This document shows, piece after piece, positions 1 to 8,925 of a stretch of DNA of 26,344 nt. How positions within the stretch are numbered: position 1 is the first letter of the stretch; the number at the start of each line of letters is the position of its first letter. Origin of the DNA: Bacteriovoracaceae bacterium (lineage in GTDB: Bacteria > Bdellovibrionota > Bacteriovoracia > Bacteriovoracales > Bacteriovoracaceae); assembly GCA_018649885.1 (NCBI GenBank), contig JABIHA010000075.1, positions 62,001 to 88,344 of the forward strand. Direction: 5' to 3'. The notes beneath the pieces are model-generated. The model saw nothing but the letters and a program-made list of their open reading frames with translations, did not search any database and was not told the origin of the DNA. The translations under genes were made by a program, and so were the position numbers.

Positions 1-996
1 GTCACCCACTTGATCACGCAAGCCTGGTAAATCTGAATAACAAACAGGCGTCTTAAAATGAAACGCTTCTAGGGGGGGAATATTAGAAGGGCCAAAATAT
101 GTTGGCATAACAAGTGAAAGAGACTGCTTATAAAGGTATGGAATTTCAGCTCCATTAACAAACCCAATATCATGAATTTGATCACTTATTCCGTATTCAA
201 GGGCGCGGGCCTTAATATAGCCTGAATTACCTTTACTAATTCCTGAGAAGATTGCATCAACTTTTTGATTGTGATTTTCTTTTAAAAACCTTAAGGCCTT
301 TAAAATATAAATATGGTTTTTGTGTGGCCAAAATTGTGCGGGATAAAAAATATAATCATTTGAAAGACCATACTTCTGTTTAATATCCACATTTCCTAAA
401 GACTCCTGAGTATGAATCCCAGGAAGAAGATTAACTACTTTGACCCTTTCTGAGTCGACACCATATCTATCAACGATTGTACTGCTTAAATGTTTTGAAA
501 CAGCTGTTACAGCAACAGCTTTTTTGAGAACTGTACTATAGAGCATTTCTCTTTCATTAAATTGAGTAGCATTTCTAACTTCAGGAAACTCATTGAAATC
601 TCTGTGACATAAATCCCACACTGTAAATACATAGGGAATGATATTAAAATCAAGAGCTAGCAAAGAGGGTGATAAAAAATATATTAAATCTACACCCTGA
701 TTATTTATTAAATCTGTTTCAATCTTCTTTTTTTCTAAATTAAATTTACTGAAAATCCTAAGCCAGCAATCATTTCTCATGATACGTCGATGAATTTTCG
801 AAAGTATTCCTTCTTGCAATAAATCTACATTCAATCCGATGTCAGTATATTGCTGTTGTACTTCTTTATTAGTTGTAAAAAAATAAAACTCAAATCTATC
901 ATGAGATAATTTAGAAAATAATTCGACGATTTTGGCTTCGTACTGAAACCCACCACCAGAATCTAAATCGGAACCTACATTAAAAGCTATTTTCAT
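1..996 (-). CDS. GT4 family (GT-B) glycosyltransferase, 3' end runs off the window
   Basis: Not in the ORF track; translated by hand. ATG at 996 overlaps the upstream TGA (ATGA, 993-996) and the frame is open to base 1: MKIAFNVGSDLDSGGGFQY...FTVWDLCHRDFNEFPEV...YIFYPAQFWPHKNH...LVMPTYFGPSNIPPLEAF...VCYSD. These are typical GT4 motifs. Confidence 0.88.
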   Translation of the reverse strand, partial: MKIAFNVGSDLDSGGGFQYEAKIVELFSKLSHDRFEFYFFTTNKEVQQQYTDIGLNVDLLQEGILSKIHRRIMRNDCWLRIFSKFNLEKKKIETDLINNQGVDLIYFLSPSLLALDFNIIPYVFTVWDLCHRDFNEFPEVRNATQFNEREMLYSTVLKKAVAVTAVSKHLSSTIVDRYGVDSERVKVVNLLPGIHTQESLGNVDIKQKYGLSNDYIFYPAQFWPHKNHIYILKALRFLKENHNQKVDAIFSGISKGNSGYIKARALEYGISDQIHDIGFVNGAEIPYLYKQSLSLVMPTYFGPSNIPPLEAFHFKTPVCYSDLPGLRDQVGD

Positions 997-1754
997 TTTT
1001 TCCTAAGTACCCATACGACATACCAGCTGCCAAACGAAGGACTCTCATCTGTTAGCCACTGTAATTTCTGGGCAATCTCAAACCCATTTGATTCACAAAA
1101 CATTTCAAGTTCCGGATCAAAAAAATATCTCACATCGTGCTTTTCACTTTTTTCTATAATTTCACTAGATTTTTTATCTTTAATGAAAAAATGATAATTA
1201 ACCCTAACCATATTTTCACGCTCAAAGAACTCTGGTTCACTAAGTCTTGTGACATCAATATCATCATCCCCGAATCGCTTTATTCGAGTTTCGGGCATAT
1301 CAGTTAAGACACCTGGACCGTACCAAAAATCAAAAATAAATAATCCGCCTTGATTCAAATGATCACTTGCCACACGAAATACATCACCAACATTTGCGTT
1401 CGTTGTCAAATATCCCATAACGTGAAAAAGAGAGACAACTGTATCGAATTTTTTATCTAAGGATAGCTCTGTGATATTAGCGCAGCTAAACCTAACTTCG
1501 GAATTTTCTTCCCCTATTCTTTTCTTTGCTATTTCTAGCATCTCATCACTTAGATCAACCCCATGTACTGAATGACCCTTATTTAAAAATAATTCAGCAT
1601 GCTTACCAGTACCACAGCCTAGATCGAGAATTGACTTAGAATTTCCTGCATATTTTTTAATTAGAGAACTGACATAGTCGACTTCGGAGTCATACTCCTT
1701 AGATTCATAAACTAAGTCATAACATTTTGCATATAACTCACCAAAAACGGACAT
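993..1754 (-). CDS. Class I SAM-dependent methyltransferase, TylM1/DesVI-like (probable NDP-aminosugar N-methyltransferase)
   Basis: SAM motif ILDLGCGTG, GVDLSDEML and FDTVVSLF. The N-terminal YDLVY..KEY..E and the FIFDFW segment resemble sugar N-methyltransferases. It directly follows a sugar aminotransferase. Confidence 0.8.
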   Translation of the reverse strand: MSVFGELYAKCYDLVYESKEYDSEVDYVSSLIKKYAGNSKSILDLGCGTGKHAELFLNKGHSVHGVDLSDEMLEIAKKRIGEENSEVRFSCANITELSLDKKFDTVVSLFHVMGYLTTNANVGDVFRVASDHLNQGGLFIFDFWYGPGVLTDMPETRIKRFGDDDIDVTRLSEPEFFERENMVRVNYHFFIKDKKSSEIIEKSEKHDVRYFFDPELEMFCESNGFEIAQKLQWLTDESPSFGSWYVVWVLRKK

Positions 1755-1779
1755 CGCGGGCCTTGGACAGTGGGTATAG

Positions 1780-2907
1780 TTATTTTTTCAAGCTAATTAG
1801 TGTTTCACTTATATATTTAATCTTCTCACTTGGTAGGTTACTCGATGAAGGCAGGTAAAACCCATTTTTTGTCAATTTTTCTGTAACTGAGTAATCACCA
1901 GTCATGGTGCAACCATATTTTTCAAGCGAAGGCTGCTGGTGCATACCTACAAAAAATCTTCTAGAGTCGATTCCTTTCTCTCGGAGCATTTCCATAATCT
2001 CTATGGAGCCCCTGCCAAATTTTTCAGGATCAATTAATATTCCATTCATCCATTTAACATTCACAGAGTCCAACTGATCCACAGGAAAGCTAATACCTTC
2101 AACATTTTGAAGATATTCCTTGTAGGCTTCAGAATTTTTTATCCTTAGAGATCTGTATTCATCGGCCTTCTCAACTTGAGCAAGTCCAATGGCTGCATGA
2201 ATATTAGACATTCGGTAATTGAAACCAATGTCATGATGTCTGTAATCTCTTGGTCCATCTAAAGAAAAACATACATTTTTATAATAAAGTAGGTTTTTAT
2301 AAACTTCCTCTGAATCAGTTACCGCAAGGCCTCCCTCTCCAGTGGTTAAGTTTTTATTTGAATACAAACTAAAAGCAGCAACATCTGACATGGATCCTAC
2401 CTTTGATCCTCTGTATTCTGCTCCATGTGCCTCAGCTGCATCTTCTAAAATAAGAAGGTTGTGTTTTTCAGCAACTTTTCTGATGGCATCCATATTACAG
2501 GGGTTGCCAAAAATATGAACTGGCATTATAGCTTTTGTTTTAATCGTTATTTTGCTCTCAATTTCATCTTCATTTATATTCCATGTATCTGACCGGGCAT
2601 CCACAAAAACGGGCATGGCCCCTGTATAGCAAACTGCGAATGCGCAAGATGACATAGTAAAATTAGGGATAATAACTTCATCACCCTTTCCAATTCCAAG
2701 AGCAACTAAGGCTAGATGAAGTGCCGCAGTTCCATTGCAAACAGAAACTGCATATTTAACATCACAATATTCTGCAAACATTTCCTCAAACTGAGAAACA
2801 TACTTGCCCTGTGATGATATCCATCCAGTGGAAATGGCATCGTTAACATATTTTATTTCGTTGCCATTTAAAGAGGGCTCGCAGACGGGAATAAACTCAC
2901 TGCTCAT
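1780..2907 (-). CDS. DegT/DnrJ/EryC1/StrS PLP-dependent sugar aminotransferase, perosamine synthase-like
   Basis: GWISSQG, NGTAALHLAL, VHIFG, EDAAEAHG, FSLYSNKNLTTGEGG (catalytic Lys codon at 2353-2355), GFNYRMSN and YLPS. Confidence 0.92.
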   Translation of the reverse strand: MSSEFIPVCEPSLNGNEIKYVNDAISTGWISSQGKYVSQFEEMFAEYCDVKYAVSVCNGTAALHLALVALGIGKGDEVIIPNFTMSSCAFAVCYTGAMPVFVDARSDTWNINEDEIESKITIKTKAIMPVHIFGNPCNMDAIRKVAEKHNLLILEDAAEAHGAEYRGSKVGSMSDVAAFSLYSNKNLTTGEGGLAVTDSEEVYKNLLYYKNVCFSLDGPRDYRHHDIGFNYRMSNIHAAIGLAQVEKADEYRSLRIKNSEAYKEYLQNVEGISFPVDQLDSVNVKWMNGILIDPEKFGRGSIEIMEMLREKGIDSRRFFVGMHQQPSLEKYGCTMTGDYSVTEKLTKNGFYLPSSSNLPSEKIKYISETLISLKK

Positions 2908-3278
2908 ATGAGCTTTTCATCCAATCTATAGGTGTCGGACTCATATTCTTTTCCACCTCTTGGACCTTGAGTGAAAACTATCATCTCTGATTTTTCTAGG
3001 GCCTTGAAGGCATGGTATTCATTTGGCACAGTCTCAACAAAGTCACCTTTTTCCATTACAATCTCGACAGGTTCTCCATCTAACATTTTTGCCACATGCT
3101 TAACTTTTCCAGAAATTATATAATTCCACTGAGTTGTTTCTTTGTGATAGTGATTCGCTCTGACAGCATCTGTTTCAAACGAAATCACTGTAACCGCATT
3201 AATATTCTTATTTTCAAGAAGGTCAGTTATTACACCTCTGTCATCTGTATGGGCGGGTACAAGGTTAATTTTGTTCAC
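2904..3278 (-). CDS. Cupin-domain protein (putative NDP-4-keto-sugar isomerase/epimerase)
   Basis: DDRG, RANHYHKETTQW and PNEYHAF cupin motifs. GTG start; 4-nt overlap with the aminotransferase gene. Confidence 0.8.
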   Translation of the reverse strand: MNKINLVPAHTDDRGVITDLLENKNINAVTVISFETDAVRANHYHKETTQWNYIISGKVKHVAKMLDGEPVEIVMEKGDFVETVPNEYHAFKALEKSEMIVFTQGPRGGKEYESDTYRLDEKLI

Positions 3279-3301
3279 GTTATTTCCTTTATTTATTATT
3301 T

Positions 3302-4525
3302 TTAAACAATATGTGGCATTGGAATTGGAATTATGAATTTCCCACCACGCTTTTGGTATTCACTATTATTTTTAATTATTTCATCGGCAAAATTCCATGC
3401 CAGCAGTAGTGCATAGTCTGGTTGATGCTCTAATAAGTACTCATCTGTAACGACCGGTATATGATCCCCGGGAGTGTATCGACCAATTTTAAGTTTGGAT
3501 TTTTCTGTTACAACGTCGAGTAACTGCTTACCAATCTTGCAGTAGTTTAAAAGAGTCATTCCCTTTGCTGGAGCACTAACTCCTACTATAGTTTTGCCTT
3601 CACTTTTTAATTTACTTAGAAGTGTTGTTAATTCAAATCTGTTTTGTTTTACTTTTTCAGAAAATTCATCAAGTGTTTTGTGGTCATATAATTTCATACT
3701 GATTTCATTTTCAATCAGCTCACCAACAATTGGCTCAACCTTTCTTGAGTTTTTCTCTGCCATATAAATACGACAAGAACCACCATGTATATCCACTTGC
3801 CTCACATCAAAAATTTCCATATTAAATTTTTCGAGAAAAGGAACAAGCGGCTTGATGGAAATATAGGATAAATGCTCGTGATAAATAGTATCGTATTCGA
3901 GCTTATTAACTAGATTCACAAAATAGGGAGCTTCTATTATCAGGACACCCTTTTTGGTCATAAGTTTTTTTGCATTATTAATAAAAGAGCTCAAGTCATC
4001 AATGTGTGCAAACACATTTGTTCCTGTAATAACTGATGCCTTGCCAGACTTTTCAGTTATTGTGTCAACAGACTCTGAATTAAAGAAATCACAAATAGTC
4101 TCTATACCATTCTCATTTGCCATGCGAACAATATTCGCAGCGGGGTCAACACCTAGAACTTTAGTGCCTCGAGATTTAAAACGGCTTAGAAGTGTGCCTA
4201 CATTGCTACCAATATCAACCACAAGGCTATCTTTATCTAAATCAAACCTAGAAACCACATCCTCAGCGAATCCGTCCCAGTGCTCATAACCTTGCCTGGT
4301 GGTTGAAGATTCATAAGGGTAATCATTTCGATATAAAATCTCTGGTGTAACAATATGGTTGAGTTGAACAAAACTACACACGTCGCACACACAAACTTCC
4401 AAGGGATAATGAATAACAGGTTCTTTAAGTTGATCTTTTCTTCGAAATTGATCAGCCGGCGGGGTGAAACCTAAGTCCAAAAATTTATATAAATCAGTGC
4501 TTCCACATAGTCTGCAATTGAGCAT
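3302..4525 (-). CDS. NDP-hexose C-methyltransferase (TylCIII/EryBIII/TcaB9-like; zinc-binding, SAM and C-terminal domains)
   Basis: CxxC...CxxC zinc site (CRLC, CDVC), VVDIGSNVG, NVFAHIDD, DTIYHEHLSY, HGGS, APAKGMTLLNY, LLLAWNFADEI and GGKFIIPIP. Confidence 0.9.
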   Translation of the reverse strand: MLNCRLCGSTDLYKFLDLGFTPPADQFRRKDQLKEPVIHYPLEVCVCDVCSFVQLNHIVTPEILYRNDYPYESSTTRQGYEHWDGFAEDVVSRFDLDKDSLVVDIGSNVGTLLSRFKSRGTKVLGVDPAANIVRMANENGIETICDFFNSESVDTITEKSGKASVITGTNVFAHIDDLSSFINNAKKLMTKKGVLIIEAPYFVNLVNKLEYDTIYHEHLSYISIKPLVPFLEKFNMEIFDVRQVDIHGGSCRIYMAEKNSRKVEPIVGELIENEISMKLYDHKTLDEFSEKVKQNRFELTTLLSKLKSEGKTIVGVSAPAKGMTLLNYCKIGKQLLDVVTEKSKLKIGRYTPGDHIPVVTDEYLLEHQPDYALLLAWNFADEIIKNNSEYQKRGGKFIIPIPMPHIV

Positions 4526-4550
4526 GGTATAGACGTCCCTTTAGGGTAAA

Positions 4551-4578
4551 GATTTAAATAATTATCACCAGCTGTCAA
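4551..4578 (-). promoter_or_regulatory. Possible sigma70 promoter for the C-methyltransferase cassette
   Basis: Perfect TTGACA on the minus strand (4573-4578) in a 77-nt gap, followed by an AT-rich tract with only a poor -10 match. AAGGGA SD-like sequence precedes ATG 4525. Confidence 0.3.
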
Positions 4579-4602
4579 GGATTTCGGCGCGTAGCAAGAT
4601 CT

Positions 4603-5487
4603 CTATAATTTGAAAGAAGAGTAAATATCCCAATCGATAAAAAGATCTTCAATCAAAACACTCCAATCCTCTGGGCTGTAACTAAACTCACTACGAAATT
4701 TATTAGAGTTGAGGCTTCTATCAATAGAAAGCGCCTCATTTGGCTCGATTTCGATATTTAGATTTCTCTTCCCCGCAATCAGGTCAATCAAATCAAACTT
4801 ACTAATTGGGTTTGCAGAAATATGATAGAGACCATGGGGGAATTTCTCACCCCTAATAACCCTGTCAATAATTTTTGCCACAGAGTGTGTGGGGAAGCCA
4901 CTAAAGATGGCCTTAGTGAATCCACCTACAGATTTTCCCTCTTGTGAAAGAAACCATTCAACAAGGTTTGAACCAACCCTTAACTCTCTTCCAATTAATG
5001 AAGTTCTTATGGTCATTGAATTCTCTTGCAAGGCCACTTCACCTAAGAGTTTTGATCTGCCATATAACTTGGTGCAATCAGCAGTATCTTCTTCAGTGTA
5101 ATCACCTCTTTTTCCAGAGAAAATACAGTCCGTACTAAAGGTAATTAGCCGAATACCTTGCTCTCTACAAATCCTAGACATTTGGTGGGGGAAAAGCGAG
5201 TTAGACTGAATACTTGGCTCATAGTTATCAGCTTCTTCTTTTTGGTTAATATTCCCCATAGCATTAATCACCAAATCAATTTTATAATCTTGAATGATTC
5301 TTTTCATTTCACTCAAGTTGAAAAAATTATCTAATTTGATTGAATTTTCTTTTTCGATTCCTGGAATACTATAGAGGTGATCAAAGTCGGACCTAACTAG
5401 CCCAAAGCTATCGTGCCCCATTCCTGTAAAACTGGCCCACAGACGGTGCCCAAGCATGCCTGTTCCACCTAAGGTTAATATTCTCAC
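4603..5487 (-). CDS. RmlD-like NDP-4-keto-6-deoxyhexose reductase (SDR)
   Basis: GGTGMLG, FSTDCIFSG and YGRSK catalytic motif, plus DRSL. GTG start directly abuts the upstream TAA. Confidence 0.88.
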   Translation of the reverse strand: MRILTLGGTGMLGHRLWASFTGMGHDSFGLVRSDFDHLYSIPGIEKENSIKLDNFFNLSEMKRIIQDYKIDLVINAMGNINQKEEADNYEPSIQSNSLFPHQMSRICREQGIRLITFSTDCIFSGKRGDYTEEDTADCTKLYGRSKLLGEVALQENSMTIRTSLIGRELRVGSNLVEWFLSQEGKSVGGFTKAIFSGFPTHSVAKIIDRVIRGEKFPHGLYHISANPISKFDLIDLIAGKRNLNIEIEPNEALSIDRSLNSNKFRSEFSYSPEDWSVLIEDLFIDWDIYSSFKL

Positions 5488-6714
5488 TTACTCACCTTTC
5501 GTCTCTTCAAAAAGATTTTCTAGCTGGTCAAAAAGTTTGGCGCGCTTAAAATTGAGGTCATAATACTCTCTGGCGCGTGTTCCCATTAACTCAAGCTCTT
5601 CTGTAGAGCTATTGTAGAACTTTAAGGCCGTATCTGCCAACGCTTTTGAATCAGATGAGGGGCAACTAAAACCGGCTTTTGACTCTTCAACAATTCTAGC
5701 TCCCTCTCCATCGATAGAGGCCAAAATCGGCTTTGACGAGGCAAAGTATGATTGAATTTTGGAAGGTATAGTAATTTCAAAAAGGGGGTCAGTTTTGAGA
5801 CTCACCAAAAGAACATCAGCTAACTTATAGTATGCTGGTACCTGCTCTAGCGATTTTCGGCCCAGTAAATAGACATTTTCCTGAAGGCCTAACTCACTTA
5901 TCTTTTGCTCCATTTCTTTTCGCATTAACCCGTCACCTAAAAATACCCATTTAATATCTTTTTGGTCTTTAATTAGGTGGCTGGCTTCTATTACTGAGTC
6001 CAAGGCCTGAGAGGTTCCTAGGTTCCCTGCAAACATAATGACAAACCCTTTCGGAACTTCACTTCTTAAATCACTGGGAACATCTTCATTATTTTCTATC
6101 TCAAATAGCTCTTCTGCCCAATAGGGCCAAAAAACAGACTTATCTGCGGCGCCGTATTTTTTGAGGTTTGGAAAATAGCCCTTAGATGGGACAAGCACCT
6201 TATCACTACGGCCATAGAGAAATTTCACCAAACGCCCAACCATCCCTATAACAGGTTTTGAGCTTACTGCATTTGTGGCCAGTAGAGTCTCAGGCCATAA
6301 ATCTGTCACCCAGAAAAACATCTGGGCCTTTTTTAAATACTTCATTACGACGCCGGGCAGTCCCACCGTAATGGGAGAGACTTCGAATACAAAAATTTTA
6401 TCAAATTTATGTTTTCTGAAAATAAAGGGACCTAAAAAACTAGCAAATAGAGCAAAACTCAAATAATTCAACAAAAGCCGAAAGCTCTTCTTAGAACCCC
6501 TTGGTAAAAGTGGGACTCTGAAAACATCAATTCCTTCATAGCTTTCACGGCTTGGTCCAAAAAAAGAATAACCCTCAAAAAAATTTCCCTGAGGGTAATT
6601 AGGCATACCAGTGAGTACGCTCACCTGGTGTCCGCGATCCCTAAGTCCTGTGGCGAGATCATTAACCCTAAAGCCTTCAGGCCAAAAATATTGTGTCACT
6701 ATGAGTATTTTCAT
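5488..6714 (-). CDS. GT4 glycosyltransferase, WbuB-like (L-FucNAc/L-QuiNAc-transferase type)
   Basis: Family-like N-terminus MKILIVTQYFWPE...VLTGMPNYPQG begins at ATG 6714, not at the track's 6873. Also DLWPE, FAGNLGTSQ and TIPSKIQSYFAS. Confidence 0.88.
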   Translation of the reverse strand: MKILIVTQYFWPEGFRVNDLATGLRDRGHQVSVLTGMPNYPQGNFFEGYSFFGPSRESYEGIDVFRVPLLPRGSKKSFRLLLNYLSFALFASFLGPFIFRKHKFDKIFVFEVSPITVGLPGVVMKYLKKAQMFFWVTDLWPETLLATNAVSSKPVIGMVGRLVKFLYGRSDKVLVPSKGYFPNLKKYGAADKSVFWPYWAEELFEIENNEDVPSDLRSEVPKGFVIMFAGNLGTSQALDSVIEASHLIKDQKDIKWVFLGDGLMRKEMEQKISELGLQENVYLLGRKSLEQVPAYYKLADVLLVSLKTDPLFEITIPSKIQSYFASSKPILASIDGEGARIVEESKAGFSCPSSDSKALADTALKFYNSSTEELELMGTRAREYYDLNFKRAKLFDQLENLFEETKGE

Positions 6715-6763
6715 CAAATTTAACTCTATCAAAAAAGCATGGTTTTGACATGAATATACAAAA

Positions 6764-6792
6764 TTAGCATCTCTGCGGTATGATTTTATGAT
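6764..6792 (+). promoter_or_regulatory. Candidate sigma70 promoter for the ligase-like gene
   Basis: TTAGCA-17 nt-TATGAT in the divergent gap. AAAGGA SD lies 7 nt before TTG 6837. Confidence 0.35.
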
Positions 6793-6836
6793 AACGGGGA
6801 GCAACGAATTATACCTATTACTGAAAGGATTCAGCT

Positions 6837-7952
6837 TTGTTATTAGATCGATTGAAAATAGCTCTTTTTTCACTATCAGTGTTCAAGCAAACACTGGGCT
6901 TTAAAATGTACCTCAATATTATCCTCCCTCTTCTTGGAGGATTTCAATTTTTAAGAGATAGATCTCCCATCAGACTATTATTACCATTCCAGATTCTCCT
7001 TCTCATCAACCTAGCGGTTGTCGTGTTTAAGGGCGAGTACCAGGCCATTCCCAGGCTTGGACAATTGTGGTGTCTACTATATTTTTGCTCCTTTATTGAA
7101 AAGCAAATGCCTAAAGAAATTTTAGACAAATCTATTAAATTGATTGCCGTCATGGGATTTCTCTTTATTTTTGTTGAAATGATTTTTGGCCCTCCGCTTG
7201 AAGGGTATATTCCATTTCTAAAAACTGACTTTACAAGACAATATGGTATTTATGGTGAGCCAAACTTTTCTGCAATGCTTATGTTTGGAGTTGCTCTTTA
7301 TCTCATTGTCTTCGGTTTTTACAAATTTTCACTTTTAGCAATAATTGCCTTAGTTTTCACGGTTTCAAAGGGAACAATGCTTGCCCTGCTATTATTTTTT
7401 GCTCTTTTTTCTTTAAAAAAATTAAAGCGTCTGCAAACTTGGGCCCTCAATATACTAATGATAGTTTTTCTATTCATTCCCCTGCCAATTTATATGAGTG
7501 GAAAAATGCTGTCATACCCACAGAAACTCTTCATGCACCAATTAACTTCTAAAAGGTATTTCTTATTCCTCCCATATATTAAAATGGGAATCGATCACCC
7601 TTTGGGGGTTGGCTACTTTCAAGGTCCAAAATATATTGCTAATTATCAAAAAAGTGAAATTAGCGAATTTAGTGAAGAGCAAAAAGCACGCATTCTTGCT
7701 CTACAGCAGCATTCTATTTTTGTTCAGATTTTTTCCGAATTTGGGCTTATTGGGTATCTAATCTTTTCATTTCAGCTCTGGTGGTTATTTAAAATATCTT
7801 TAAAGAATCGTGAATATGAAATCTCAGCTGCTTTTGTTTCAGTACTCGCTGGATTTTCACTCCTAAATGGATTAAGTGAGATGACTCTATATCTTTTTAT
7901 AGGGCTGATAATGTCTTATGATGGCTTAAGAAATAAAAAGATCACTTTATAA
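6837..7952 (+). CDS. O-antigen ligase-like (WaaL/Wzy_C family) polytopic membrane protein
   Basis: About 10 hydrophobic segments; R..GIYGEPN, TVSKG, R.......HPLGVG and the His-containing HSIFVQIFSEFGLIG motif typical of O-antigen ligases and O-oligosaccharyltransferases. Confidence 0.75.
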   Translation: MLLDRLKIALFSLSVFKQTLGFKMYLNIILPLLGGFQFLRDRSPIRLLLPFQILLLINLAVVVFKGEYQAIPRLGQLWCLLYFCSFIEKQMPKEILDKSIKLIAVMGFLFIFVEMIFGPPLEGYIPFLKTDFTRQYGIYGEPNFSAMLMFGVALYLIVFGFYKFSLLAIIALVFTVSKGTMLALLLFFALFSLKKLKRLQTWALNILMIVFLFIPLPIYMSGKMLSYPQKLFMHQLTSKRYFLFLPYIKMGIDHPLGVGYFQGPKYIANYQKSEISEFSEEQKARILALQQHSIFVQIFSEFGLIGYLIFSFQLWWLFKISLKNREYEISAAFVSVLAGFSLLNGLSEMTLYLFIGLIMSYDGLRNKKITL

Positions 7953-7956
7953 ATAA

Positions 7957-8904
7957 TTACTTGCTACCCATTTCCAGAAATTTTTTGGCAGACCAAAGGA
8001 AACTATGAAGTTTTCTATTTATCAAACCGTTTATAAGCATTCGGTAGGTTTTCATAGAAAAAGAATTCTTCCAAAAAAGTAGACTTCCCCGATAAAAGCG
8101 ACTGATACCAATAATGTATCTTCCGGCCCTAAGATGGAGTTGACCCGAGATAAAAAGAGCATTGCTTTTTGATTCATTCAAATACTCATTGTACTCACTT
8201 AAATCTAAATCATTGTAGGTAGTATCAATAATTGAAATAACTTCATCTGCCCTGGCTTTAGATACACCTTCAAATGTCTGTGAATTATTGTGAACTCTAA
8301 AAGCCGCTAAGTTTTTGTTTACCCACTGAACATTACAAAACTTTGTCACTTTTAGCCAGTAAGCAAGATCTGGCATCTGAATCAGATCTTCTCTCCATCC
8401 ACCAAAATTTTCGAATATTTTTTTTCTAAAAAGAACACCTGGACCAATGGGATTATCGATGTGGCGAATAAGCTTTGAGTAGCAAAACCTCCTACTGACA
8501 ATTTCCCTTATTACTTTTGAGTTTGGGTCAATCAAATCAAAATTTGGATAGCAAATATCAATAGACTCATCTGACATGGCCAGCACAAGCTCTTTTATAG
8601 CATTTGAATGGAAAAAATCATCATCACTTAGATAACCAACAATTTCACCACGGGCCAGTGACCATCCCTTATTTAGTGAAGCCGGTTGACCAATATTTTC
8701 TTGATTAACAACTATGGCCCTTTCCTTAAACTCATTAATTATTTGAGGACTCGAATCAGTAGATCCATCGTTAATTATAATAAGTTCTATGTTGGGATAA
8801 CTTTGAGAAAGGATGCTTTCGATGGCGGTGCGAACGTAGCGCTGTCCATTATAAACACATATAATAATCGACACTAAAGGCCGGTAATCATCATCATTTT
8901 TCAT
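7957..8904 (-). CDS. GT2 family glycosyltransferase
   Basis: PLVSIIICVYNG, INDGSTD, LNKG, YLSDDD, GGWREDL..MPD and FRVH. Confidence 0.92.
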   Translation of the reverse strand: MKNDDDYRPLVSIIICVYNGQRYVRTAIESILSQSYPNIELIIINDGSTDSSPQIINEFKERAIVVNQENIGQPASLNKGWSLARGEIVGYLSDDDFFHSNAIKELVLAMSDESIDICYPNFDLIDPNSKVIREIVSRRFCYSKLIRHIDNPIGPGVLFRKKIFENFGGWREDLIQMPDLAYWLKVTKFCNVQWVNKNLAAFRVHNNSQTFEGVSKARADEVISIIDTTYNDLDLSEYNEYLNESKSNALFISGQLHLRAGRYIIGISRFYRGSLLFWKNSFSMKTYRMLINGLINRKLHSFLWSAKKFLEMGSK

Positions 8905-8925
8905 CGCTATAAGAGTAATACAGAA

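Noticed and set aside
72..78. G7 run in the first GT4 gene as a phase-variation tract
   Set aside because: Short, in frame and encodes the Pro-Pro of the conserved-looking NIPPLEA motif.
4586..4595. GGCGCGTAGC resembling an RfaH ops element
   Set aside because: Imperfect match to GGCGGTAG and on the wrong strand for the minus-strand operon.
6715..6873. 53-aa N-terminal extension of the GT4 ORF in the track
   Set aside because: Family similarity starts at MKILIVTQY (ATG 6714). The extension covers the divergent promoter region and overlaps the opposite-strand gene.
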